NCBI GenBank assembly: GCA_040256005.1
Contig: JBDZWC010000055.1
Location: 1-18,180, forward strand
Reading direction: 5' to 3'
DNA from: Deinococcaceae bacterium
GTDB taxonomy: Bacteria > Deinococcota > Deinococci > Deinococcales > Trueperaceae
Length of the DNA: 18,180 bases
In this document: positions 8,549-16,478 of the stretch, piece by piece
How the letters are laid out: each line of letters starts with the position of its first letter
How positions within the stretch are numbered: the first letter of the stretch is position 1
Notes under the pieces: generated by a model
Database searches by the model: none
Told to the model about the DNA's origin: nothing
Seen by the model: the letters and a program-made list of their open reading frames with translations, nothing else
Program-made: the position numbers and the translations under genes

Positions 8549-9231
8549 CGGGTGACGCGGCCACCGTCGCCGTGATCCACACGTCGCCGTTCACGCTCGA
8601 CCCGCTCATGGACCTGCTCACCGAGCTCGTGCCCGGCGTCACCGTGGTCAACTTCCTCGACGACTCGATCCTGCCGCAGCTCGCGCGCAACGGCGGCGAC
8701 GTGTCCGCCGTGCGGGACCGCCTGCTCGACTACGCCAGGCACGCGCAGGGGGTGGGCGCGAACGTGATCCTCAGCGCCTGCTCCTCGGTGGGGGAGGTGG
8801 CCGCGGCGATGCGGGAGGTCGTCGAGGTGCCCGTGGTGCGCATCGACGAGGGCATGGCGGACGCCGCCATCGGCCGCGGCCCCCGCATCGGTGTGGCGGC
8901 CACGCTGCGCACGACGCTGGCGCCCACGCTGGCGCTGCTCCGCGCCAAGGCTGCCGCGGCGGGCGTGGACGCGAAGTTCGACGCGCGGGTGGCCGACGAG
9001 GCGTACGCCCTGCTGTCTCGAGGCGACAGGGAGGGCCACGACCGCGAGCTCGGCGCCGTGTTGGAAGGCCTCGCCGCCGACAACGACGTCGTGGTGCTGG
9101 CGCAGGCCTCGATGGCCAGGGTGCTCGGCGCCCTGCCGGAGGCCGACAGGGCGAAGTTCCTCACCAGCCCCCGGCTCGCCGCCGAGCGGGTCGCGCTCGT
9201 GCTCGAGGGATCGCGTGCCGAGCGTGGCTAG
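8545..9231 (+). CDS. Asp/Glu/hydantoin racemase-superfamily protein
   Basis: VIHT, VILSACSS, VPVVRID, RIGVAAT..T, DVVVLAQASM. GTGA overlap with the upstream stop. Confidence 0.8.
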   Translation: MTGDAATVAVIHTSPFTLDPLMDLLTELVPGVTVVNFLDDSILPQLARNGGDVSAVRDRLLDYARHAQGVGANVILSACSSVGEVAAAMREVVEVPVVRIDEGMADAAIGRGPRIGVAATLRTTLAPTLALLRAKAAAAGVDAKFDARVADEAYALLSRGDREGHDRELGAVLEGLAADNDVVVLAQASMARVLGALPEADRAKFLTSPRLAAERVALVLEGSRAERG

Positions 9232-10141
9232 GCCCCACAACGTCGTCACGCTGGCGCAACTGCTGCCCGCGGCGCAGATGGGTGGCTACGCGGTCGGCTC
9301 GTTCTCCCCGCGCTACCCGCGGATGATCCAACCGGTGCTGCGGGCCGCCAAGGAGCTCCGGTCGCCGGCCATCGTGCAGATCTCGCAGAAGGACATGAGC
9401 CGCTGCGGCGTGGAGCTCGAGGAGTTCGCGGCGGCGTTCTACGACACGCTCGCCGCAGAGGACGTCGGCGTGCCCGTCGCGCTGCACCTCGATCACACCC
9501 ACGACCTCGGCATCATCGACCGCGCGATCGCCGCCTCGTTCAGCTCCGTCATGATCGACGCTTCCGACCTGCCCCTCGACGAGAACATCGCCGTGACCAA
9601 AGGGGTCGTGGAGCAGGGTCATGCCGGCGGGGTGTCCGTGGAGGGCGAGGTGGGCACGCTGGGCGCCTACGCGTTCTCCGAGACCGATGAGACCTACGCG
9701 AGCACCTACACGGACCCAGAGGAGGCGGGCCGGTTCGCGCGCGAGACCGGGGTGGACGCCCTGGCGGTCTCCGTGGGAACGATGCATGGCGTCAAGGGCG
9801 GCTCTTCGGTCGCGCTCGACCTGGACCGGCTGGCCGAGATCCGCCGCCGCACCGCTGTCCCGCTGGTGCTGCACGGTGGCTCCGGAGTGCCGGCCGCTGC
9901 CTTGGCCGCCGCGATCGGTGTGCCGGGTGGCGGCATCTCCAAGGTGAACCTCGCCACCGACCTCGAGCTGGCCATGCTGGCCGCCATCGGGTCGAGCCGG
10001 CGGCTCACCGACGCGGACGTCAGGTCGTTGGTACCGGCCGGGCTCGCGTCCGCCCGCGAGGCCGTCGAACGCGTGACGCGCGAGAAGATGACCCACTTCC
10101 TGCGCAGCGCTGGCCGAGCGGAGATGGCCAGGAGCGGCTGA
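9215..10141 (+). CDS. Class II (metal-dependent) ketose-phosphate aldolase (FBA/TBA family)
   Basis: LHLDH, SSVMIDAS, VEGEVG, TDPEEA, GVDALAVSVGTMHG, PLVLHGGSG, KVNLAT. The start is GTG 9215 (after GAGGGA) or 9224. Confidence 0.92.
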   Translation: MPSVARPHNVVTLAQLLPAAQMGGYAVGSFSPRYPRMIQPVLRAAKELRSPAIVQISQKDMSRCGVELEEFAAAFYDTLAAEDVGVPVALHLDHTHDLGIIDRAIAASFSSVMIDASDLPLDENIAVTKGVVEQGHAGGVSVEGEVGTLGAYAFSETDETYASTYTDPEEAGRFARETGVDALAVSVGTMHGVKGGSSVALDLDRLAEIRRRTAVPLVLHGGSGVPAAALAAAIGVPGGGISKVNLATDLELAMLAAIGSSRRLTDADVRSLVPAGLASAREAVERVTREKMTHFLRSAGRAEMARSG

Positions 10142-11496
10142 TGAGCGCCTTCGAGGTGCGCGGCGTGGTGGAGGGCTTCTACGGCGCCGCCTACACGCAA
10201 CCGGAGCGCGAGGGGCTGCTGCGCTTCCTGGGCCAGCTCGGCTACGACACGTACTACTACGGTCCCAAGAACGACCGGCAGCACAGGGCCAGGTGGCGCG
10301 AGCCTTACGGACCCAGGGCGTTGGAGGGCTTCGGCAGGTCGGTCGAGGCGGCCAGGGCGGCCGGCGTCGAGTTCGTCTACACCCTGAGCCCGGGCCTGGA
10401 CATCAGGTACAGCTCGGCCGAAGACTTCGCGGCCGTCCGTGAGAAGTTCGCGTCTCTCATGGCGCTGGGGGTGCGAAGCTTCGGGTTGTTCTTGGACGAC
10501 ATCAACCCCACCTTCAAGCACGCCGAGGACCCTGAGCGCTTCCCGAGCTTCGCGGTGGCCCAGGCCGAGCTCTGCAACAGGGTGCTCGGCTGGTTGCGGC
10601 AGCGACGCGCGGACGCCGCGCTGGTCATGTGCCCGACCGCCTACCACGGCGCCCCTCCCTTCGGCGACTACCTCCATGAGCTCGGTGCCTGCCTGAGCCC
10701 CGAGGTCGACGTCTTCTACACGGGCACGGAGGTCTGCTCGCCCGCGATCACCGGCCGCGAGGTCGAGGCCTTCGCTCAGGCGCTGAGGCGCCGGCCGCTC
10801 ATCTGGGACAACTACCCCGTGAACGACGGCGGCATGAGCTCCGAGCTGCACCTCGAGCCCATCCGGGGCCGCGGCCCGGAGCTGGTGGCGAGCGCCAAAG
10901 GCTTCGCGGTGAACCCCATGAACCAGGTGGAGGCTTCGAAGGTGACGCTGCACACGTTCGCCGCGTACCTCTCGGATCCTGCCCGTTACGACCCAGAGGC
11001 AGCCTGGCAGGAGGCGCTCGCGGCCGTCGCCGGCGAGGAGCACGCCCCGGCGCTGGAGGCGCTCGCCCGCACGTGCCGGCACGGCGTGCTCGCCCCGGAG
11101 CCGGCGCCGGAGCTCGCGCGGCTGGCCGCGGCGGCGCACGCCGCGCTCGGCCGGCCCGGACGGGCGGTCGCCGACGACCCCGCGCTGGTCGCACTGCGGG
11201 AGCACCTCGTGCACCTCGACGAGGCCTGCTACGCCCTCAAGTTCCACCTCTGCAACTACGCGCTCAGGGCCGAGGTCCTCCCGTGGGTGGAGGCGCTGGA
11301 GAGCTGGCTGTGGTCAGGCATCAGGGCGCTCGAGATCGTCGCTGCCGCCGAGAGCGGCGACGACGTCACCGTGCCGCTGAAGCGGTTGAAGGAGCCGTAC
11401 GCCACCGCCAGGGCGCACCACAAGCGCAGCGGCGGGGAGGAGCTCGAGCCGTTCATCACACGGGCGCTCGACACCTACGCGGGGGTGCCCGCATGA
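10141..11496 (+). CDS. GH84 beta-N-acetylglucosaminidase (O-GlcNAcase-like), cytoplasmic
   Basis: RGVVEGFYG, YGPKND..HR..WREPY, LSPG, catalytic FLDDI, CPTAY, WDNYPVND and NPMNQ, followed by a helical C-terminal domain. No signal peptide or CBMs. Confidence 0.93.
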   Translation: MSAFEVRGVVEGFYGAAYTQPEREGLLRFLGQLGYDTYYYGPKNDRQHRARWREPYGPRALEGFGRSVEAARAAGVEFVYTLSPGLDIRYSSAEDFAAVREKFASLMALGVRSFGLFLDDINPTFKHAEDPERFPSFAVAQAELCNRVLGWLRQRRADAALVMCPTAYHGAPPFGDYLHELGACLSPEVDVFYTGTEVCSPAITGREVEAFAQALRRRPLIWDNYPVNDGGMSSELHLEPIRGRGPELVASAKGFAVNPMNQVEASKVTLHTFAAYLSDPARYDPEAAWQEALAAVAGEEHAPALEALARTCRHGVLAPEPAPELARLAAAAHAALGRPGRAVADDPALVALREHLVHLDEACYALKFHLCNYALRAEVLPWVEALESWLWSGIRALEIVAAAESGDDVTVPLKRLKEPYATARAHHKRSGGEELEPFITRALDTYAGVPA

Positions 11497-12467
11497 ACGA
11501 CGTCCTGCTGGCCCTGGACTACGGGGGCACCAAGCTGAGCGCCGCTCTGGTGCGGCCGGGCGCCGGTCCGGCCGACGGCTGGCTCGCCCTCGAGCGCTTG
11601 CAGAAGCCGGCCGACGCGGACGGTGAGTACGACAGACAGGCGATGGTCGGCTTGGCGCACGAGCTGCTGGCGGGGCGCAAGCCGGCCGCGGTGGGCGTCT
11701 CGTTCGGCGGGCCCGTCGATTGCGAGCGGGGTGTCGTGAGGCTGTCGCACCACGTGCCTGGTTGGGAGGGGGTGCCGCTGGCCGCTCGACTGGAGGGGGT
11801 CTTCGGCGCTCCGACGAGCGTGGACAACGACGCCAACGCCGGCGCCTTGGGCGAGCACGAGTTCGGCGCGGGCCGTGGGGTGGACAGCCTCCTGTACGTG
11901 ACCGTCAGCACAGGGGTGGGCGGCGGTTGGATCCTGGGCGGCCGTCCATGGCGCGGCGCCGAGGGCATGGCCGGGGAGTTCGGGCACGTGAAGGTTGACC
12001 CCCTGGGCCCCGCCTGCGTCTGCGGCGACAGAGGCTGCGTCGAGGCGATCGCCTGCGGCCCGGCGATGGCAGCCGCGGCGTCGAGGGCGCTGGCTGCCGA
12101 CCCAGGCGCCGGGTCGTTGCTGCGTGAGGTCGCCGGCTCCGGCCCGGTGACAGCCGTCCACCTGGGCGAGGCGGCCGCAGCGGGTGACCCCGTCGCCCGC
12201 CATGCGCTGGCCACGGGAGCGCGCGCCATCGGCATCGCGCTCGGCAGCGCCGCGAACCTCGTCAACCCGCGCCGCTTCGTGATCGGCGGTGGCGTGATCA
12301 AGGCGGGCGCGGCGTTCTGGGACGAGCTGGCCGCTGCCGCCAGGCAGCATGCGATGCCGGAGGTAGAGATCGACGTCGTGAAGGCCGCGCTGGGCGACGA
12401 CTCTCCGCTGTGGGGAGCCGTCAAGCTGGCCATGGACGCGCTGGCGGCGCGCCGGAGCGTGGCGTGA
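11493..12467 (+). CDS. ROK-family sugar kinase
   Basis: LALDYGGTK, NDANAGALGE, STGVGGG, AGEFGH and Zn motif CVCGDRGCVE, with no HTH. The start is at the ATGA overlap at 11493. Confidence 0.93.
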   Translation: MNDVLLALDYGGTKLSAALVRPGAGPADGWLALERLQKPADADGEYDRQAMVGLAHELLAGRKPAAVGVSFGGPVDCERGVVRLSHHVPGWEGVPLAARLEGVFGAPTSVDNDANAGALGEHEFGAGRGVDSLLYVTVSTGVGGGWILGGRPWRGAEGMAGEFGHVKVDPLGPACVCGDRGCVEAIACGPAMAAAASRALAADPGAGSLLREVAGSGPVTAVHLGEAAAAGDPVARHALATGARAIGIALGSAANLVNPRRFVIGGGVIKAGAAFWDELAAAARQHAMPEVEIDVVKAALGDDSPLWGAVKLAMDALAARRSVA

Positions 12468-13810
12468 GCGCCGGGCACCAGGCGGACTCGGCCGCTGTGT
12501 CGGCTGCTCCGCGAGAGCTGGCGGCGGAGGCGCGGTCGCGCGCCGAGACCTTGCTGCTGGCCAACGACTCGGAGCTGGGTCTGCTGGCCTCGCCGCGCCT
12601 CTACCGGCAGGTGTGGGCCCGCGACAGCATGTTGAGCGGCCTGGGACAGCTGCTGTGCTCCGACCCCAGGGCGCACGCGTCGTTCCGTAGGTCGTTGGCC
12701 ACGCTGGGCCGCTACCAATCGGAGCTGGGCAAGATCCCGCACAACGTCGAGCGCGTGACGGCCACCGGCGACGAGGCGGCCGAGGGCCGGATCGTCCTCG
12801 ACACCGCCCATGCCGGCTGCGTGGACTCCAACCTCTGGTTCATCCTGGGTCACTACTACCACCACCGCCTGACCGGCGACGCCCGCACGCTGACGGCCGC
12901 CTGGTCACGGCTTAAGGCGGCGCTGACGTGGCTGAGGTACCAAGACTCGAACGAGTGCGGCCTACTAGAGGTGCACGAGGCGATGGACTGGGCGGACCTG
13001 CTGGCGAACCGCTACAACGTCCTCTTCGACAACGTGCTGTACAGCGCCTGCTGGCAGGCGATGGGCGAGATGGCGCTGACGAGCGGCGCGGAGGGTGCAA
13101 AGACGGCCGAGCGTTGGCTCGCCAACGCGCAGGACGTCAGGGAGAAGATCGACACCCTGCTCTGGGTGGGGCCGGAGGCCCCCAAGGACCTGGGACGGCT
13201 GGCCGTCGAGCGCCGGGAGTGGCTCTACCCGGTGCAGCGCATGCAGGTGGAGCTCGTCGAGAGGCCCTTCTACCTGCCGTACGTGGCTTTCCGCGACTTC
13301 GCCGACCGCTTCGATACGTTCGGTAACCTGCTGGCGATACTTCTCGGCGTCGCCGACGACGCGAAGACCGCGAGGATCCTCGACTACATCGAGGCGACAG
13401 GACTGGCGGAACCGCTGCCCGTGCGCGCGCTCTATCCACCCATCCAGCCGGGAGAGCCCGATTGGCGCACGTACTACCGGGTGCGCAACCTGAACCTGCC
13501 CGACCACTACCACAACGGCGGGGCTTGGCCGTTCGTAGGCGGCATCTACGTCGCGGCCCTCGTCAAATCGGGTCGGCTGCAGCGCGCCAGGGAGGAGCTG
13601 GCGAAGCTGGCCGAGATGAACCGCCGCGGCCGCTTCGGCGAGTGGGAGTTCAACGAGTGGTTCCACGGCCTCAGCGGCAGCCCCATGGGACAGGCCGGCC
13701 AGTCGTGGTCCGCCGCCCTCTACGTCTTCGCCCACGAGGCTGTGTCGCGTGGCAGCGTGCCGGTCTTCGGCGACGGCGTCTGGACGCGCGGCGGGCGAGA
13801 GCAGGCATGA
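12464..13810 (+). CDS. (alpha/alpha)6-barrel glycoside hydrolase, GH100 (alkaline/neutral invertase)-like / GDE_C-like
   Basis: YRQVWARD, CVDSNLWFIL, YHNGGAWPF, EFNEW and QSWSAA parallel GH100 motifs (Y.QVF.RD, VDSGLWW, YHNGGSWP, QTW). GTGA overlap start. Confidence 0.8.
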   Translation: MSAGHQADSAAVSAAPRELAAEARSRAETLLLANDSELGLLASPRLYRQVWARDSMLSGLGQLLCSDPRAHASFRRSLATLGRYQSELGKIPHNVERVTATGDEAAEGRIVLDTAHAGCVDSNLWFILGHYYHHRLTGDARTLTAAWSRLKAALTWLRYQDSNECGLLEVHEAMDWADLLANRYNVLFDNVLYSACWQAMGEMALTSGAEGAKTAERWLANAQDVREKIDTLLWVGPEAPKDLGRLAVERREWLYPVQRMQVELVERPFYLPYVAFRDFADRFDTFGNLLAILLGVADDAKTARILDYIEATGLAEPLPVRALYPPIQPGEPDWRTYYRVRNLNLPDHYHNGGAWPFVGGIYVAALVKSGRLQRAREELAKLAEMNRRGRFGEWEFNEWFHGLSGSPMGQAGQSWSAALYVFAHEAVSRGSVPVFGDGVWTRGGREQA

Positions 13811-15672
13811 TGCAGCAGATCTCTCCCAACCTCTACCGCTTCGACGACACCTGCGCCGTGTACCTGATCAAGACCGGGGAAGGGGCCGTGCTGGTCGACT
13901 TCGGCGACGGGGCGATCCTCGACCACCTGCAGGAAGCCGGTGTCGAGCGCGTGACCGACGTGCTCATGACGCACCATCACGTCGACCAGGGTCAGGGGCT
14001 GGCGCGCGCCGTGGCCGCCGGCATCAGGATCTGGGTGCCGCACGCCGAGCAGGACCTGTTCCACAGCGTGCAGGAACACTGGCAGGCGCGCGAGCTGGAC
14101 AACTCCTACAACACGCGTGAGGATCGCTTCTCGCTGCGAGCCAACGTGCCGGTCCACGCCACGCTGCGCGACTACGCGGTGCTGCGCCCAGGCGGAGTCG
14201 AGATCACCGTCCTGCCCACGCCCGGTCACACGACCGGCTCGGTGAGCCTGCTGGCCGAGGTGGACGGCGCCCACGTGGCCTTCACCGGCGACCTCATCTA
14301 CGCGCCGGGCAAGGTCTGGTCGCTGGCCTCGACCCAGTGGTCCTACAACGGCGCCGAGGGCGTGGCGGCCAGCGTCGCCTCGCTGCTGGACCTGCGCGAC
14401 CGCGCCCCCGACATGCTGCTCCCTTCGCACGGGGCCCCCATGTCCGATCCCACGGAAGCCATCGACCTGCTGGTGAAGCGGCTGCGGCGCCTGATGCGCG
14501 AACGCAAGCAGAACCCGCGGCTCCTCGAGCTGCGCGATCGCCCCTTCGAACGGCTCACTCCCCACCTGCTCCGCAACCGGACCGCGATGGCGTACCACTA
14601 CGTCCTGCTCTCGCAGAGCGGCAAGGCGCTGTTCATAGACTTCGGATACGACTTCGTGACCGGCATCGCCGCCGGCTACGACAGGGCCTCGCGCCGGCCA
14701 TGGCTGTACACGCTGCCCGCGCTGAAGCGCGACTTCGGCGTGACGTCGGTGGACGTGGTCATCCCCACCCACTACCACGACGACCACGTCGCGGGTCTCA
14801 ACCTGCTCAGGCGGGTCGAGGGCACCGCCGTGTGGGCGGCCGACCTCTTCGCCGACGTGCTCGAGAGGCCCACTGACTTCGACCTGCCGTGCCTGTGGTA
14901 CGACCCCATACCCGTGGACCGCCGTCTGCCGCTGGAGACGCCCGTCGCCTGGGAGGAGTACGCGCTGGTGCTGCATCACTTGCCCGGGCACACCCACTTC
15001 GCGGTGGCGGTGGAGTTCGAGGTGGACGGCAAGAGGGTCGTCGCCACGGGCGACCAGTACCAGGGCGGCGAGTCGCCGCTGTGGAACTACGTCTATCAGA
15101 ACGGTTTCGGGGTGGGCGACTACGTGAAGAGCGCCGAACTCCTGGGACGCATCCGCCCGGACCTGATCCTGACCGGTCACTGGGAACCGCACTGGCCGGA
15201 CGACGCCTACTTCAGGGCGCTCAGACGCGGCGGCAAGGTCCTCGACCAGCTGCATCGCGAGGTGTTGCCGCCCGAGCGCCTCGACGAAGGTCCGTTCGGC
15301 GCCGGCGGGCCGAGCGCGCGGATCCTGCCCTACCGTTCAGAGATGACGGTAGGCGAGGAGCGGGAGATCGAGGTGCGAGTGAGGAACCCCGATACGTGCG
15401 AGCAGCCGGTTGAGGTGGAGCTGGAGGCTCCCGCCGGCTTCTCGGTCTCACCCCGGACCGCGTCGCAGGTCGTGCCGGCACGGTCGGCCGCGACGCTCAG
15501 GTTCGCCCTCAGAGCGGACGGTCCGGCTGACCGCCGCAGGCAGCTGCTGACGGCCGACGTGACGCTGGGTGACCGCAGGTACGGCCAGGTGGCAGAGGCC
15601 ATCGTGAGGGTGACGGCGCCGGACGCTCCGCGACCGGCCGCGTCACCGCACCGGACAGGGTTCGAGACTTGA
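13807..15672 (+). CDS. Tandem double metallo-beta-lactamase-fold hydrolase with C-terminal beta-sandwich domain
   Basis: Domain 1 has LVDFG, THHHVDQ, TPGHT, FTGD and PSHG. Domain 2 has FIDFG, THYHDDH, LPGHT, ATGD and TGHW. The C-terminal ~110 aa are beta-rich. ATGA overlap start. Confidence 0.88.
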   Translation: MMQQISPNLYRFDDTCAVYLIKTGEGAVLVDFGDGAILDHLQEAGVERVTDVLMTHHHVDQGQGLARAVAAGIRIWVPHAEQDLFHSVQEHWQARELDNSYNTREDRFSLRANVPVHATLRDYAVLRPGGVEITVLPTPGHTTGSVSLLAEVDGAHVAFTGDLIYAPGKVWSLASTQWSYNGAEGVAASVASLLDLRDRAPDMLLPSHGAPMSDPTEAIDLLVKRLRRLMRERKQNPRLLELRDRPFERLTPHLLRNRTAMAYHYVLLSQSGKALFIDFGYDFVTGIAAGYDRASRRPWLYTLPALKRDFGVTSVDVVIPTHYHDDHVAGLNLLRRVEGTAVWAADLFADVLERPTDFDLPCLWYDPIPVDRRLPLETPVAWEEYALVLHHLPGHTHFAVAVEFEVDGKRVVATGDQYQGGESPLWNYVYQNGFGVGDYVKSAELLGRIRPDLILTGHWEPHWPDDAYFRALRRGGKVLDQLHREVLPPERLDEGPFGAGGPSARILPYRSEMTVGEEREIEVRVRNPDTCEQPVEVELEAPAGFSVSPRTASQVVPARSAATLRFALRADGPADRRRQLLTADVTLGDRRYGQVAEAIVRVTAPDAPRPAASPHRTGFET

Positions 15673-16478
15673 CTCCCACCGTCTCCTTCATGGGCGCGAA
15701 CTACGTCGCCAGGCAACTCGACTACCACATGACGGGCGGTTGGGGACAGGGCGACAGGGCGGCCAGCGAGCACTTCCGACCCATCGAGACCTTCCGGGAC
15801 CGGTTCGCCGCGATCGTGGGCGACGTGGCCGCCATGGGTTTCAGAGCGATGGACGTGTGGACCGGTCACATCTCCCCGCAGTGGGTGACCGGCGAGCATC
15901 TGGCTCTGGCGCGCGAGGTCCTCGACGAGTACGGCGTCGTCGTGCCCAGCCTGGGCGGCTGGTTCGGTTCGACCCGCGAGGAGTTCGCCGCCACCTGCCG
16001 CATCGCCGAGGCCCTGGATTGCCCTGTGCTGGGCGGCTCCACGTCGCTGCTGGGCAAGGACAGGGATCACCTCTTGACGGTCCTGAGCTCAGCCGGGCTG
16101 CGGCTGGGGGTAGAGAACCACCCTGAGCGGTCGCCGCAGGAACTGCTGGCTCGGTTGGGCGAGCCCCATCCGCTCATCGGCGTGACGGTGGACACCGGTT
16201 GGTTCGGCACGCAGGGCTACGACGCTGCCAGTGCCCTCAAGGGGCTCGCTGACGTCCTCTTCTACGTGCACCTGAAGGACGTGCTCGCGGTCGGCGAACC
16301 GCACGTCACCTGCCGCTGGGGGGCGGGGGTAGTGCCCATGGAGCGGTGCGTGCGCACGCTCCTGGAGAGCGGCTACGAGGGAGCGTTCTGCATCGAGCAC
16401 GAGCCCGAGGACCACGACCCCACCGAGGACGTCCTGGCCAGCAAGGCGTTGCTGGAGTCCTGGCTGAGGGCGCCGTGA
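15669..16478 (+). CDS. Sugar phosphate isomerase/epimerase (xylose-isomerase-like/AP endonuclease 2 TIM barrel)
   Basis: Metal-ligand motifs GVENH, VDTGW, VHLKD and IEHE. TTG start in a TTGA overlap (alternative ATG 15690). Confidence 0.88.
   Translation: MTPTVSFMGANYVARQLDYHMTGGWGQGDRAASEHFRPIETFRDRFAAIVGDVAAMGFRAMDVWTGHISPQWVTGEHLALAREVLDEYGVVVPSLGGWFGSTREEFAATCRIAEALDCPVLGGSTSLLGKDRDHLLTVLSSAGLRLGVENHPERSPQELLARLGEPHPLIGVTVDTGWFGTQGYDAASALKGLADVLFYVHLKDVLAVGEPHVTCRWGAGVVPMERCVRTLLESGYEGAFCIEHEPEDHDPTEDVLASKALLESWLRAP

Noticed and set aside
13807..15672. MBL-fold gene as an antibiotic-resistance beta-lactamase
   Set aside because: There is no signal peptide, and the double-domain architecture and sugar-operon context do not match B1-B3 beta-lactamases.
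8891..16474. Long N-terminal extensions in the track for the aldolase, ROK, MBL and second Gfo, suggesting fusions or an HTH on the ROK protein
   Set aside because: The extensions are Arg/Pro/Ala-rich read-through of upstream genes in another frame. Overlapping start codons give family-typical lengths.
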